Source of the DNA: Phycisphaerae bacterium
GTDB lineage: Bacteria; Planctomycetota; Phycisphaerae; UBA1845
DNA: 64,000 bases
Assembly (NCBI GenBank): GCA_963666835.2
Contig: CAXXGO010000001.1
Span: 64,001-128,000, forward strand
Direction: 5' to 3'
Part shown: positions 19,725-30,532 of the stretch, piece by piece
Layout: every line of letters begins with the position of its first letter
Numbering within the stretch: position 1 is the stretch's first letter
Program-made: the position numbers and the translations under genes
Notes under the pieces: generated by a model
What the model was told of the DNA's origin: nothing
Databases searched by the model: none
What the model saw: only the letters and a program-made list of their open reading frames with translations

Positions 19725-19742
19725 TGGCACGTCCCGTGCCAA
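19725..19742 (-). promoter_or_regulatory. Putative sigma54 (-24/-12) promoter of glnA
   Basis: Minus strand TTGGCACGGGACGTGC matches TGGCAC-N5-(T/G)TGC about 50 bp upstream of the start. Confidence 0.55.
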
Positions 19743-20178
19743 TTTCACCCGTTCCTGCCCGTGATCCCCGGAAGTCGCGCCTGTTTCAGGCCTCCTGTTG
19801 TGACCTGCTCCGGCAGCCGGATGCACACGGTTCCCGCAATCGAGGGCGAGCAGTCTCTCGCGCGGTTGGCCGCTATGCAATACCACGCAGACGCTTCGTC
19901 TTCGAGCGGCAAGAAGGGCAAACACGTGGCGGAGCCTCCTTCCCCCGATGGTGAGCACGCCAATCCTTCGCCGCCTGGTCCGCGCCGCAAAACGGAACAC
20001 TATCTCGCTGTTGTTGTCCGTCAGGATGACGTTGTTGTAGTGGGGATTTCCCTGTAACAAAAACGGACGTCTGCCCGATAAAGAACATCTGCTTCGATGA
20101 GCGCGCGCGCTCGTTTCTTCGTTTATAGGGCTAGGGAAAGGGTTTGTTGGTCTCAGGATTACGGAAGGGAGAGACACA

Positions 20179-23100
20179 ATGAGTGTCAATCGCAGTGCGT
20201 GGTTAGTTGTTTTGATGGCGGTCGGAGCAGCGTCGGCCGCAACGGTGACGGTCGAGCCTATCGCTCGGAGCACCGGGACGGTTCGCGACACGGTTCCGGG
20301 TCGCGGCGATGGGTTCGTCTTTCGGGGGCAATCCCAGATCCAGGCTCCGGTGGTCAACGATTCCGGAGAAGTGGTCTTCCTGGCAAACAGCTCCGCGGCG
20401 TCCAGCACCGCCGTGGACCCGGCCGTGGGGATCTATGTGAACCGGCCGGGAACCGGGCTGGATGTTCTGGTCGACACGACCGTGGATGGAACGGGAGCGG
20501 CGACGTTTGCGGTTCCTGGTCAGCCGGCCGACACTCAGTTTGTCGCCGGCGGGTTTCTTGCTCCGCTGCTGAACAACGCCGGCGATGTCGTGTTCTTCGC
20601 GACGTTTTCCGGGCCGACGTCTGGAACTGGCGAGGGTTTATATGCCACGAACACGTCAGCCGGATCACCGATCGTCAAGATTGTCGACACAAGCGATTCC
20701 GTTCCGGGTCATCCGGCGGGGACGCTGTTCGACAACTTCAGTTTCATCTCCCCGAACCCGGCGAGGCTTCCCATCTCTCTGAATGACGCCGGGCAAGTGG
20801 TCTTCTGGGCTCAGTTCTGTACGTTGGCGTCTTGCACCAGTTCCACGCTGTCCAACGGTATCTTCGGAACAAGGGTGTCCGGCGGCACGGCGGTACTGTT
20901 GGCCGACAGCACCGAGACCGTGATTCCCACCGGCAAGACCAACGGTTTCAATGAGATTCGCCCGGAAATCGGGATTAACAGCAGCGGGATCGTCGTGTTC
21001 CACGGTCGGCTGGCGCCTGCGTCGGTGAGCCCGGCCGGGGTGTTCGCGATTCCGGTTACCGGGGGAGTTGCCCCGACGACGGTAGCGTTTCGTGTTCAGA
21101 GTGCGCCGCCCGATCATGTCGTCAGCTTCAACGATACGTTCCAGGACGTCGACATCAACGACGCGGGCGTGATCACGTTCCTGGTCGGGTTGTCGGACGG
21201 CGAGAGCGGGATGTTCGCGGGAGACGTCAGCGGAGGGCCGTTGACCCGCCTGGTCGATACGCGAGTAGGCGGCATGACCGTGCCGGAGACTCCCGGGGCG
21301 GAGTTCGACACTCTGGCCTTCGCGGCAATCAACGAATCCGGGAATGCCGGTTTCTTCTCGTTCATTCGTGACAGCGGAACATCCAACAACCAGGGAATCT
21401 ACGTTGCCGGTCTCGACGGCGACCCCATCGAATTGGCTCTGGACGAGGACGGCATCGCGCCGGGTCTGCCGTCTCCGGCCCATCTCACGAACTTCAAAGG
21501 CCGCAGCGCCGCCATCAACGATGACGGCCACCTGGCCTTCTGGGGCACCGGTCTCAATGACCTGGGGACGGTGCTGTTCGGCCTGTACTTCTACGATGCT
21601 TGCACTAAAGAGGCTGTCAGAATCGCCGATACGACCACGGCGTTGGCCGATCTGGGAAGCGCGTTCACGACCAGCGGCAGCCAGAAGGGCGAGTTCGTTC
21701 TCTATCAGAGCGGCGAGGTGCGCAACGGCCATTACCGCACGATCAACAACAGCAACGACGTTGTCTTCGCGGCCCGGTTCAACAACTTCGATTTCGGCGT
21801 ATATGTAGCCCACATCGAAGCGGGCGGCGGGCCGTTGACCATCACGTGCCCGGCGGATGTGACGGCCGAATGCCCGGCCGGCACCCTCCCGGATGTTACC
21901 GGCGAGGCGACGGCCGAAGGGTGCGGGACCATAACCGTCACGTACGCTGACGAGTCGGTAACCACCTGCGGCGGCGCCGAGACCATTACTCGAACCTGGT
22001 CGGCGGTCGTGGGGTCAGACGATCCGGTGTCGTGCGTCCAGACGATTACGGTGGTCGACACGTCTGCTCCGGTGCTATCTGGGGTCCCGGCCGATGTGAC
22101 GGTTAACTGTGATGCAGTACCTGCGGCGGCCACGGTGACGGCAACGGACGCCTGCGACGCCGCTCCGGTGGTGGTGTTTGACGAAGTCCGCACGGACGGA
22201 ACGTGCGCCGATGACTACGTACTGACCCGCACGTGGACCGCAACGGATGCCTGCGGGAATGTGGCAAGCGCGTCGCAGACCATCACGGTAGTCGATACGA
22301 CTGCTCCGGTGCTGTCTGGCGTCCCGGCCGATGTAACGGTCGATTGTGACGCCGTACCTGCGGCGGCCACGGTGACGGCAACGGACGCGTGCGACGCCGC
22401 TCCGACGCTCGTGTTTGACGAGGTCCGCACAGACGGCGCGTGCGCCGATGACTACGTACTGACCCGCACGTGGACCGCAACGGACTCCTGCGGGAATGTG
22501 GCAAGCGAGTCGCAGACAATTACGGTGGTCGACACGTCTGCTCCGGTGCTATCTGGGGTCCCGGCCGATGTGACGGTTAACTGTGATGCAGTACCTGCGG
22601 CGGCCACGGTGACGGCAACGGATGCGTGCGACGCCGCTCCGGTGGTGGTGTTTGACGAAGTTCGCACGGATGGGACGTGTCCGGCGGAATTTGTTCTTAC
22701 GCGAACCTGGTCGGCCGTTGATGAATGCGGTAATGAGGTGAACGAGGCGCAAATCGTGTCGGTGGCTGATGTTACTGCTCCGGCGCTCACGTGCCCCGCG
22801 GACGTTTTTGGGTTGGAGTGCCCGGCCGACACATCAGTTACGGCGCACGGGACGGCTACGGCGAGCGATAACTGCGGGGCGGTGACGATTGAGTCGAGCG
22901 ACGTCACTACGGAAACCTGCGGTGACGCGGAGACGGTGACCCGTACCTTCACGGCTTATGATGACTGCGGGAACCCGGCTTCGTGCGTTCAGACTATCGA
23001 GACGGTTGACACGACTCCGCCGACCTTCCCGGTAGTACCGGACCCGGTCTTCGCGCTTGACATCGACTGCTCGGGCGACGAGGCGATCACGCTTTCGGCC

Positions 23101-24111
23101 GTCGTTGCGGAAGACGATTGCGACAGTGAGGTGACGGTAAGTGCCGATGCTCCGGCACTCTTCCCGGCCGGAGCGACTACGACGGTCACCTATACCGCTA
23201 TAGACGATTGTGCCAATACCGCGGAAACGCAGCGAGAGGTGACGGTTGATTACGGGGCCGGTATCCTGGTTAGCGCGCGCAAGTTCGTAGTCGGTTGGGG
23301 GCACCGCCCGTGCGTAACGCGGGGGGCCCTTTCCGGTATTGCCATCGGGGCGTACGACGAGTCTCCGGGAAGCTGTGCGGCGAATCAGATCGCGCAGAAC
23401 TGGGGAGTGCTGTGGTGGTCTCTGCCGGATATCGTTGCCAATTGCACTCCTGTTAACTCCGGGGTGACCAACGCGGCCGGGGTTGTGGTAATCGATGTGC
23501 CGCCGGGAGACTACGTAGTGGCGACCCATTTTGATTCCGACGACGACGGCGACCTGGACCAGTACCTGGGGCAGTACGTCAGTAACGTCTCCTGCGGGGA
23601 GACTGCCTGGACGCATCTTTTCATGATCCATCTGAACAACGGCCGGCGGTTCGGCTGCAAGTTCCATCGGTTCACCGGATCGGAGCTTCTGGTGATCGAG
23701 CCGGAAGAAGTCGTCTGGGACGGCACGGAGCAGCTTTATCCGTTCGTCTTCGATTCCGAAGGTGATTGGGGTGTGACAGTTAGTGTCACTCCTCCGGACG
23801 GGTTCGTGGCGGATTACGATGAGCTGTCGGAGGAGGTCAACACCGAGACCGAGGCGTTGCAGTTCACTATTACCGAGGTCGGTAGCGATCTGTTGCCGAC
23901 TATAACGGAGTTCGAGGTCCATCACGGGCGCAAGACGCATACGCTGCGCAGCGAGGTGGGAATCGCCCTTACTCCGGAATACGCACGCCAACGCGGCTTC
24001 AACGTGGGCCGCTTGCAGCAGCGCGGTCTGATCGTCGACGACGTGCATCAGGTGCGGCGATCTACGCTGCAAGGTCAATCGAAGAAGATCGCCCCGCGCG
24101 ATCTGAGGTAA
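20179..24111 (+). CDS. Large secreted protein: NxxGxxxF-repeat N-terminal domain plus Cys-containing HYR-like repeats
   Basis: Signal peptide; repeated (L/I)N(D/N)xGxVxF motifs; tandem 'DT.APVL.GVPADVTV.CD...TRTWTATD.CGN' units. Confidence 0.8.
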   Translation: MSVNRSAWLVVLMAVGAASAATVTVEPIARSTGTVRDTVPGRGDGFVFRGQSQIQAPVVNDSGEVVFLANSSAASSTAVDPAVGIYVNRPGTGLDVLVDTTVDGTGAATFAVPGQPADTQFVAGGFLAPLLNNAGDVVFFATFSGPTSGTGEGLYATNTSAGSPIVKIVDTSDSVPGHPAGTLFDNFSFISPNPARLPISLNDAGQVVFWAQFCTLASCTSSTLSNGIFGTRVSGGTAVLLADSTETVIPTGKTNGFNEIRPEIGINSSGIVVFHGRLAPASVSPAGVFAIPVTGGVAPTTVAFRVQSAPPDHVVSFNDTFQDVDINDAGVITFLVGLSDGESGMFAGDVSGGPLTRLVDTRVGGMTVPETPGAEFDTLAFAAINESGNAGFFSFIRDSGTSNNQGIYVAGLDGDPIELALDEDGIAPGLPSPAHLTNFKGRSAAINDDGHLAFWGTGLNDLGTVLFGLYFYDACTKEAVRIADTTTALADLGSAFTTSGSQKGEFVLYQSGEVRNGHYRTINNSNDVVFAARFNNFDFGVYVAHIEAGGGPLTITCPADVTAECPAGTLPDVTGEATAEGCGTITVTYADESVTTCGGAETITRTWSAVVGSDDPVSCVQTITVVDTSAPVLSGVPADVTVNCDAVPAAATVTATDACDAAPVVVFDEVRTDGTCADDYVLTRTWTATDACGNVASASQTITVVDTTAPVLSGVPADVTVDCDAVPAAATVTATDACDAAPTLVFDEVRTDGACADDYVLTRTWTATDSCGNVASESQTITVVDTSAPVLSGVPADVTVNCDAVPAAATVTATDACDAAPVVVFDEVRTDGTCPAEFVLTRTWSAVDECGNEVNEAQIVSVADVTAPALTCPADVFGLECPADTSVTAHGTATASDNCGAVTIESSDVTTETCGDAETVTRTFTAYDDCGNPASCVQTIETVDTTPPTFPVVPDPVFALDIDCSGDEAITLSAVVAEDDCDSEVTVSADAPALFPAGATTTVTYTAIDDCANTAETQREVTVDYGAGILVSARKFVVGWGHRPCVTRGALSGIAIGAYDESPGSCAANQIAQNWGVLWWSLPDIVANCTPVNSGVTNAAGVVVIDVPPGDYVVATHFDSDDDGDLDQYLGQYVSNVSCGETAWTHLFMIHLNNGRRFGCKFHRFTGSELLVIEPEEVVWDGTEQLYPFVFDSEGDWGVTVSVTPPDGFVADYDELSEEVNTETEALQFTITEVGSDLLPTITEFEVHHGRKTHTLRSEVGIALTPEYARQRGFNVGRLQQRGLIVDDVHQVRRSTLQGQSKKIAPRDLR
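22045..22755 (+). repeat. Three intragenic 237-bp tandem repeats (79 aa each)
   Basis: ATTACGGTGGTCGACACGTCTGCTCCGG recurs at 22045 and 22519 (474 bp apart), with a variant unit between. Confidence 0.9.
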
Positions 24112-24708
24112 GTATCCAACAGCCTTCGCGATTACGCCAGGCGGTGTCTTGTGTCCCTGCCGGCACTTGCCCGCCCGGCGGGTCGCTAAGGTTCGTAACG
24201 AAATCCGTTTTCCAGAGTGCGCCCTCGGGGTGGTTGCTTCATCGCACCCATGTCGGGGGCTCCGTTTTTGCGCGGGAAAGCAGCGTCGGGTAATCCCGCT
24301 GTCGTGCAGGTGGGTGCAAGACCGTACAGCCATAGCTTGCGGTCTTGAGGATTGTGCGAGGTGGGCGCCGCACGGTGTCCCCGAGGAGGCATAACTGTCC
24401 GGCGTATAGGCAGTGCAGCCCCGGGTTCTCCGTTTGTTCAAGACTTGGATCGAGTCCACCGATCATGGGGTGGCTTATGCGATTCTCACGTCATCGGTCC
24501 GACAGTCAGCACCATGTCACAGCGAAGATGGTGATTACCCTGACTCCGGACGATGCCGTGAGCCCGCTACCGGGAATCCCGGGCGGGGCTTGGCAACGAG
24601 GGTTGTTCCGGGTTGTGGGGCGCGGACTGGTCGACGGGCGGTGATGCCGCTACGGGCCGGATGTCGGCGATCTCGCGTCCGAGTACTCGGACCACCGGAG
24701 GACTGGCA

Positions 24709-25977
24709 ATGTCAAAGGCAGATCAATACGAAAGCGCGGGCGCAACGCCGACATCAACGCCGGATGTGCGACTCTCTCAAAGATCGAAGGTCTTGAAGGA
24801 GGGGCAGAGGATCCTCGTGGTCGAGGACTGTCCGTCCTTTCGAAAACTGGCGGTCCGACGGTTGACGGATGAGGGTTATCACGTGCATGCCGCTGCGGAT
24901 GGAGAAGAGGCGTTGCGGATGGCCGAGACGCTACTCCCTGATCTGATTATTCTGGATGTGGACATGCCGGTTATGGATGGGTTTGCGGCGTGCCGAAAGC
25001 TGAAAGAGAGCCCCTTCGCCGGCGATACGCCGGTAGTGTTCATTTCCTCGGATGAGAGTACCGGCCAGATACTCCGCGGGTTTGCCCACGGCGGCGTTGA
25101 TTACATTGCCAAGTCCGCCGCCCCGGAAGAGCTAATGGCGCGCGTCCGGGTCCACCTCGAGATGGGGAATCTGCAGCGGGCTCTCCAGCGAAATCTCGTT
25201 CAGGCAGAGTCCTCCCGCGAACTTCTCAGCCGTGCGAACACCAACCTCCGTAGAAGAAACACAGAGCTGAGCGAGTTCACTCACGTGGCAAGCCGCGATC
25301 TGCAGGAACCGGTCCGCAAGCTCATCTCCTTCAGCAAACTGCTCCGCCGGGATCTGGGCGAGAACCTGCCGGAGAGAGCCGCCAAGGATCTCGATTTCAT
25401 TACCGAAGAGGCCGAGAGAATGCGGATCCTGGTCAAGGACCTGCTCGCCCTGCAGCGCGCGGGGCAATCTACCATGAGGTGCGGACCGGTCGCTTTGGCG
25501 GATTGTGTGGCCCAGGCCGTCGACGTGCTGACTCAGAGCATCGGACAGACCGGAGCCGAGATCATCTGTGAGTCATTACCCGAAGTGACCGGAGATGCCG
25601 CACTCCTCACGCAGCTTTATCAAAACCTGATCGACAACGCGCTGAAATTCACCGTCCCCGGCCGCAAGCCGTCCGTACGCCTCACCGCCAAGAATGTCGG
25701 CGGCGCGTGGGTGATGCAAGTGCAGGATAACGGTATCGGAATCAAACCGGAGTTCGCCGAGGAGATATTTGCGCCGTTCAAACGGCTTCACGGTCGGGGT
25801 GAATATCCGGGGTCGGGGATCGGCCTGGCGGTGTGCCGTACGAACGTTGAGCGTCATGGCGGACGAATCTGGGTGGAGTCTGGTGAGCACGGTGGAGCGG
25901 TCTTCTCATTCATGATCCCGCAGTTGCCCGCTTCGCGGTCGCGTCGGATTGAAGAGTGTGTTGGGGCCGCAGGTTAA
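24709..25977 (+). CDS. Hybrid response regulator/histidine kinase with the H-box His replaced by Arg
   Basis: REC domain (VVEDC, LDVDMP); H-box reads VASRDLQEP; N, G1, F and G2 boxes (NLIDNALKF, DNGIGI, FAPFKRL, GSGIGLA) are intact. Confidence 0.9.
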   Translation: MSKADQYESAGATPTSTPDVRLSQRSKVLKEGQRILVVEDCPSFRKLAVRRLTDEGYHVHAAADGEEALRMAETLLPDLIILDVDMPVMDGFAACRKLKESPFAGDTPVVFISSDESTGQILRGFAHGGVDYIAKSAAPEELMARVRVHLEMGNLQRALQRNLVQAESSRELLSRANTNLRRRNTELSEFTHVASRDLQEPVRKLISFSKLLRRDLGENLPERAAKDLDFITEEAERMRILVKDLLALQRAGQSTMRCGPVALADCVAQAVDVLTQSIGQTGAEIICESLPEVTGDAALLTQLYQNLIDNALKFTVPGRKPSVRLTAKNVGGAWVMQVQDNGIGIKPEFAEEIFAPFKRLHGRGEYPGSGIGLAVCRTNVERHGGRIWVESGEHGGAVFSFMIPQLPASRSRRIEECVGAAG

Positions 25978-25997
25978 ACCGGTTGAAGGGGATGTGA

Positions 25998-26471
25998 ATG
26001 GACGACGTCGGTGGTGATTTCGAAGCAAACCCGGCCGAAAGACCGGTAATCCTGGTAGTGGATGACCAAGAAGACCACCTCAGCCTGGTATGCCAGGTTC
26101 TTGAGGAGGAACGGTATGAACTAATGCCTGCCGGCGACGCCGAATCGGCGATTGCGGTTTTCGAGCAGAGGCGTCCGGATCTGGCGATTCTTGATGTTCA
26201 CATGCCCGGACTCAATGGATTCGAAGTGTGCCGACGCCTACGTGCCCACTATGCCCACGATCCTGTCCCGATTATCTTCCTGACGGCGGTCTGTAAGTCC
26301 ACCGAGGAGACAATCCACGGATTGGATCTGGGCGCGTGTGAGTACCTGGTCAAGCCGGTGGGCGCGGCCGAACTCCGAGCCAGAGTCCGGGCCGTCTTGC
26401 GGACCGAAGCGGACCATCGACAACGCCGCGACGATGCGAAACGCGTTGTCCGCCGACTCATGAAGTCCTGA
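25998..26471 (+). CDS. Response regulator (receiver domain with a short C-terminal helix)
   Basis: VVDD, LDVHMP, FLTA and KP motifs. Confidence 0.9.
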   Translation: MDDVGGDFEANPAERPVILVVDDQEDHLSLVCQVLEEERYELMPAGDAESAIAVFEQRRPDLAILDVHMPGLNGFEVCRRLRAHYAHDPVPIIFLTAVCKSTEETIHGLDLGACEYLVKPVGAAELRARVRAVLRTEADHRQRRDDAKRVVRRLMKS

Positions 26472-26587
26472 CCTTCGCAGTTTGCCCCTTGCCCCCCCGA
26501 AGTCCCAAGCAAGAGTGTTTGACAGAAGTCTGTCACGGCGTATTCCCCACCGAACAGCCAAGCCGCCGAGCCTGCGGTGGTCTGCGG

Positions 26588-27058
26588 CTACTGAAGGACC
26601 GTAATCATGAACTGAGCGAGATCCGATCGACCGGGATTCTCCCGGCGCGCGTTGACGAGCTCAGTGCGAAGAGAGACGCTCTTGTCTGCCGGGTAAGAGT
26701 CTGCGACGGCGGGCGGTTTCGTTTGCGGAGACAGCCGGCCGACTCCAGCATGCATGGCGTATCCGGCTGCAAACGCCAGCACAATGCCGGCGGCTTGACG
26801 CGCGAAACGTCGCCCGCGAAAACAGCGACCAAGCGGCGGCCTTCCTTCACCGGGTGATTCGTTGTCTCTCGGGTACAGTGTAACCTGCGGCGGGCCCGGT
26901 ACCTTCCACATAGCGCGGATCGCCCGGGCGAGAGATTCGTACTCGAGACGACAATGGGAGCACTCTGCAAGATGAGCGTCGAAGGCCGATCGCTCGGTTG
27001 AAGACAGCTCTCCACCGAGGGCGTCGGCCAGAAAGACCTCAAAGTCTTCACAGTTCAT
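26588..27058 (-). CDS. Zinc-binding anti-sigma factor (zf-HC2)
   Basis: HLAECSHC (HxxxCxxC) plus one TM helix; ATGA overlap with the sigma gene. Confidence 0.85.
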   Translation of the reverse strand: MNCEDFEVFLADALGGELSSTERSAFDAHLAECSHCRLEYESLARAIRAMWKVPGPPQVTLYPRDNESPGEGRPPLGRCFRGRRFARQAAGIVLAFAAGYAMHAGVGRLSPQTKPPAVADSYPADKSVSLRTELVNARRENPGRSDLAQFMITVLQ

Positions 27059-27573
27059 GGTGATTCCTCCTCGGCCCAGCGTGGCTCGAGCTGATCTCGA
27101 ACCGCTCGCGTGGATCGCAGGTAGTGCGTCTTGACCGTCGACAATGCCAGCCCCAGCTCGGACGCGATCCGGGAGAACGTCATTTCGTCATATACCTTGG
27201 CGACCAGCACCGCACGCTGGAGATCGGTCAGACGATCCATCGCGGCCGCGATGTCCGCTCGGAGCGCCGCGCCGTCGACGGAATCGCCGGGCGCTTCTTC
27301 CGTGGCCGGCGGCTGCGCGGCGGATTCCGGAACCGGCGGTGTAACCCGTCTTTGCCGGGCGTAGTCGACCGCCCGATTCAGCGTTACCCGGCGTAGCCAG
27401 CCGCGCGGGTGATCCGGAGGGCCCTTCCGGCATTGGGCGGCCCACCGGAGGAAAACGTCCTGGACCACATCCTGGGCGTCTTCGTGTTGCCCGAGAAGGC
27501 GATAGGCCCAGCCATATACTGCGAGAGTATGCGGCTCGAAGGCATCTAATCCCGGGCTAGCCGTGGTTGCCAT
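27055..27573 (-). CDS. ECF RNA polymerase sigma factor
   Basis: DAQDVVQDVF, WLRRVTLN and region 4 RIASELGLALSTVKTH. Confidence 0.9.
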   Translation of the reverse strand: MATTASPGLDAFEPHTLAVYGWAYRLLGQHEDAQDVVQDVFLRWAAQCRKGPPDHPRGWLRRVTLNRAVDYARQRRVTPPVPESAAQPPATEEAPGDSVDGAALRADIAAAMDRLTDLQRAVLVAKVYDEMTFSRIASELGLALSTVKTHYLRSTRAVRDQLEPRWAEEESP

Positions 27574-27635
27574 TATCGCAGGCTCCTCGAGCGGTTCTGG
27601 TCTTTGCCAACAAAAGTGTCACAAATGCGTCATCG

Positions 27636-28724
27636 TCAGGAAGCGTTGCTGCCGGACGCCGTTGCGTCAGTCTCTTCAGTGTCTGAGGGGCTGTCCAGCC
27701 GGGTGATGAACCACAGCTCGAAGTCGCGGTCACGGAAAATCTTGCCGTTGAAATCCCATGCGGCGGAGCTGACCCCACCTTCCTCGTCGACGTCGTCGGC
27801 GTTATGGGCAACGACGGTACCCGGCATGGACACCCGCATTTTGAACGAATCGCCTCCGAGTTCGTCCGTAACAGCATGGTAGTGGGCCACCCGATCGAAG
27901 CTACGTTGCCAACGAGCCACGGCCTGTCGGTCGTAGCCGGCTCGATCCACCAGGCTCTCGGCGAAGGCATTTCGCCCATTCTCCAGAATTCGTTCGGACT
28001 CTGCTTCGAAGCAGGCGTTGCGTTCGTCTGCGTCATCTTGCGGGCAGAGTTTCGAGAGGTTATCGCAGTCCAACTCCGCCGAGAAAGCCGCAAACATCGC
28101 CTCGCGCGCCAATAAGCGGTATTCCGGCGCCAATTCCGGGTCGCATTCCGCAAGAGCTGCCAGGGCGAACTCGGATTGTTTGAGTGCTTCGACGGCGGCC
28201 AGGGCTTCGAGCAGAGCCTGACGCTCCTCGCGTGTCATCTCTTCGACGGGCTTGCCGGCTAAATCGTGATGGTGCTCGTCGATGATATACTCCTGCCAGT
28301 AATGCGCGTAGGCCCAATCTCGCCGAACATATCGGCGGTGGAAGTAGTAGTACGTGCCGTCTTCGCGCTCTTCCCGGCGGACAATCGTTGGGAAATGGAG
28401 ATAGACGTCGGGGTTCGGATCAGCGGGCGCTGCGAATGTCTCCGGCAGGGTCTCCCCCGGCCGAAAAGACCGTTGCGCATCGAGTATCTGTTTCCTGTCG
28501 TCTCGGGGTCCCTGTTCCGACCGCACGACCTTCCAGCCACCCTCCGGAGTGGGCAGCGCTCCGTGTCGATCTATATCATCACCGGCGAACTTGTAGTGCA
28601 GCTCGATGTTGATCGCTCCATCGGCCGCGATCGTAATGGTCTCCGTCCGCTCCAGGCAACCCGTGCTCGCCCCGAGACAGGCCGTCGCGAGAGCCAGGCA
28701 AGCCGTCCTTCTTGACAAGATCAT
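27636..28724 (-). CDS. Hypothetical lipoprotein
   Basis: Signal peptide ending STGC; AAGGAG RBS; 362-aa ORF co-oriented with the ECF pair. Confidence 0.75.
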   Translation of the reverse strand: MILSRRTACLALATACLGASTGCLERTETITIAADGAINIELHYKFAGDDIDRHGALPTPEGGWKVVRSEQGPRDDRKQILDAQRSFRPGETLPETFAAPADPNPDVYLHFPTIVRREEREDGTYYYFHRRYVRRDWAYAHYWQEYIIDEHHHDLAGKPVEEMTREERQALLEALAAVEALKQSEFALAALAECDPELAPEYRLLAREAMFAAFSAELDCDNLSKLCPQDDADERNACFEAESERILENGRNAFAESLVDRAGYDRQAVARWQRSFDRVAHYHAVTDELGGDSFKMRVSMPGTVVAHNADDVDEEGGVSSAAWDFNGKIFRDRDFELWFITRLDSPSDTEETDATASGSNAS

Positions 28725-29103
28725 GATTCAGCTCTCCTTTGCTAGTTGGTGAAACGCTGTTCACATCCGCTCGTCTAACCAGACGGGGCAGAACCGAGCT
28801 TGGCCGACATGATTCCTCGCATTACGTACACTTTCTTCCGGAATCCTGTCGCAGGGACCGGCAACGTTCAGATTCATCGTGCCCGGCGGTCGGCGTCGAT
28901 CCTCTCTCGCACGCTTGGCACTCCGAAGCACGCAAGTAAGGCCCGATAACCACCGCGGATTGAGGATCGAGAAGCCCGGAGCGAACTGAGGGGCTAACGG
29001 GAGGCACAGAACGCAATGGGGCGTCCGCTGCGTGTGCTAATGCGGCCGAAGTGGCGATTCCCGCCGGGCTCTCCACCCAAAGACGCGGGACCGCGTCGCG
29101 GTC

Positions 29104-29712
29104 TTACACCGTCGGCTTGCGTCGCCTTCGCAACGCGAGAGCGCATCCGATGCCCAGAAGTGTTGCTGTAAGCGGCTCAGGGATAGCGACTATCGTATCA
29201 ATGGCCAACTCCTGTCCTCCGATCTTCACGTAGTCAACGTCCCCGCTGAGCGTGATGACATTGGCGACGACCGTTGCTGTGACCCCCGGGGCTACTGCGA
29301 CGGGAATGGCCGAAAGATCCGCAAGCTCTAAGATTGTCCCGCCGTTTACGGCGAAGTTGTTGGTCCCACCAAACGCCATGTATTCGATGGTTACGAGGTC
29401 TACGTCGGGCTGTACTTTCGTGAAATCGAACTGCACATTGATGTTGTTCAAGGCCAACGATGGGGTCGGGAAGAAGCTGTGATAACGCCCGCCAATCTCC
29501 GCTTCGAAGAACCCAACAAAGGATCCGTAGACGAAATCCTCCACCGACATTTCGATACCGTCGTTCGTCAAAACGACTTGGTTGGGGGTGTGTCCGACGC
29601 TGTTTCCGAATACCGTGCCAAGTGGAAGCGAGTCAAAGTCCATTGTTGCCGCTTGGCTTGCGGATCCGAACGCGATCGCCACCAAACAGACGATGATCGT
29701 TCGTAGCTTCAT
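29104..29712 (-). CDS. PEP-CTERM sorting domain protein
   Basis: Signal peptide; C-terminus IPEPLTATLLGIGCALALRRRRK. Confidence 0.9.
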   Translation of the reverse strand: MKLRTIIVCLVAIAFGSASQAATMDFDSLPLGTVFGNSVGHTPNQVVLTNDGIEMSVEDFVYGSFVGFFEAEIGGRYHSFFPTPSLALNNINVQFDFTKVQPDVDLVTIEYMAFGGTNNFAVNGGTILELADLSAIPVAVAPGVTATVVANVITLSGDVDYVKIGGQELAIDTIVAIPEPLTATLLGIGCALALRRRRKPTV

Positions 29713-30532
29713 CTCGAACACCCCTCCATTGCCGGCCACCGCCGGCGAAACGCTGCCCCGACGATTGCCCGGCGCAGGTCAATATCACCGCCATCCGATT
29801 ATACCTCTCCTGCGACGCGGCTTTCTCCACGCTCGGTGAGGTACCACGACAACCAGTGCACTAGTGAGGCGATGCCCGATAACGCTGCTGTTGGGATTGA
29901 CACAACTGCTTGGCGCTTCTCTCCGAATCGACCTCTCCGTCAGTATCCTATCCTCGCTGAGACTCGATATCAAGTGTTGATCTCAGGGACAAGGCGTCGG
30001 GGCGAGTACAACGGCTATGGAAAGGCGGCGGCCCTGGCACCGATAACAACCACCCCGGCGTCAAGCGGATGAGAGTATGGCTCACTGTCAATCTTCGCCT
30101 TACGCCTTTTCGGGCTGAGCCCTCGGTATAAGGCCGATAACGCTCCCCCCCGTCTTAGCGCCGCCCTAATGAGGCACGACCCAGTCGCGGCATTAGAGTG
30201 TCGCTGCATGAGGTGCTCTTGCGGATTTGCTTCACTCATTGGGCGGACGCTGCCGACAAGCAAGCCGAGGCTACGGACATCCTCCCGGCAGAAGGATTTT
30301 GTTGTTTTTCGTGGCCGTTTGTGCTAGATTGATAGTGGATTATAGGCGTTTGGGTCAACGGTGCCGGATCTCGGTATCCGCGGTGGGCGGTGTGGTCCAG
30401 CGGGGGTTGTGCGATGCCGAGAGCTGTGAAGGTATGGAAGTATCTTCTCTGGAGAAGCAATTTGGCGGGCTAGTCTGGGCACACTCGTCCGCATCATTCT
30501 ATTCACCCCGGATGCATGGAGGAGAGGAGATC

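Noticed and set aside
22834..24459. Long antisense ORFs (for example 541 aa here, 382 aa at 20665, 348 aa at 40586)
   Set aside because: Shadow frames of GC-rich genes on the opposite strand, with no recognisable motifs.
26520..26535. TGACAGA-AG-TCTGTCA palindrome
   Set aside because: It lies between convergent gene ends with no promoter context, so no function can be supported.
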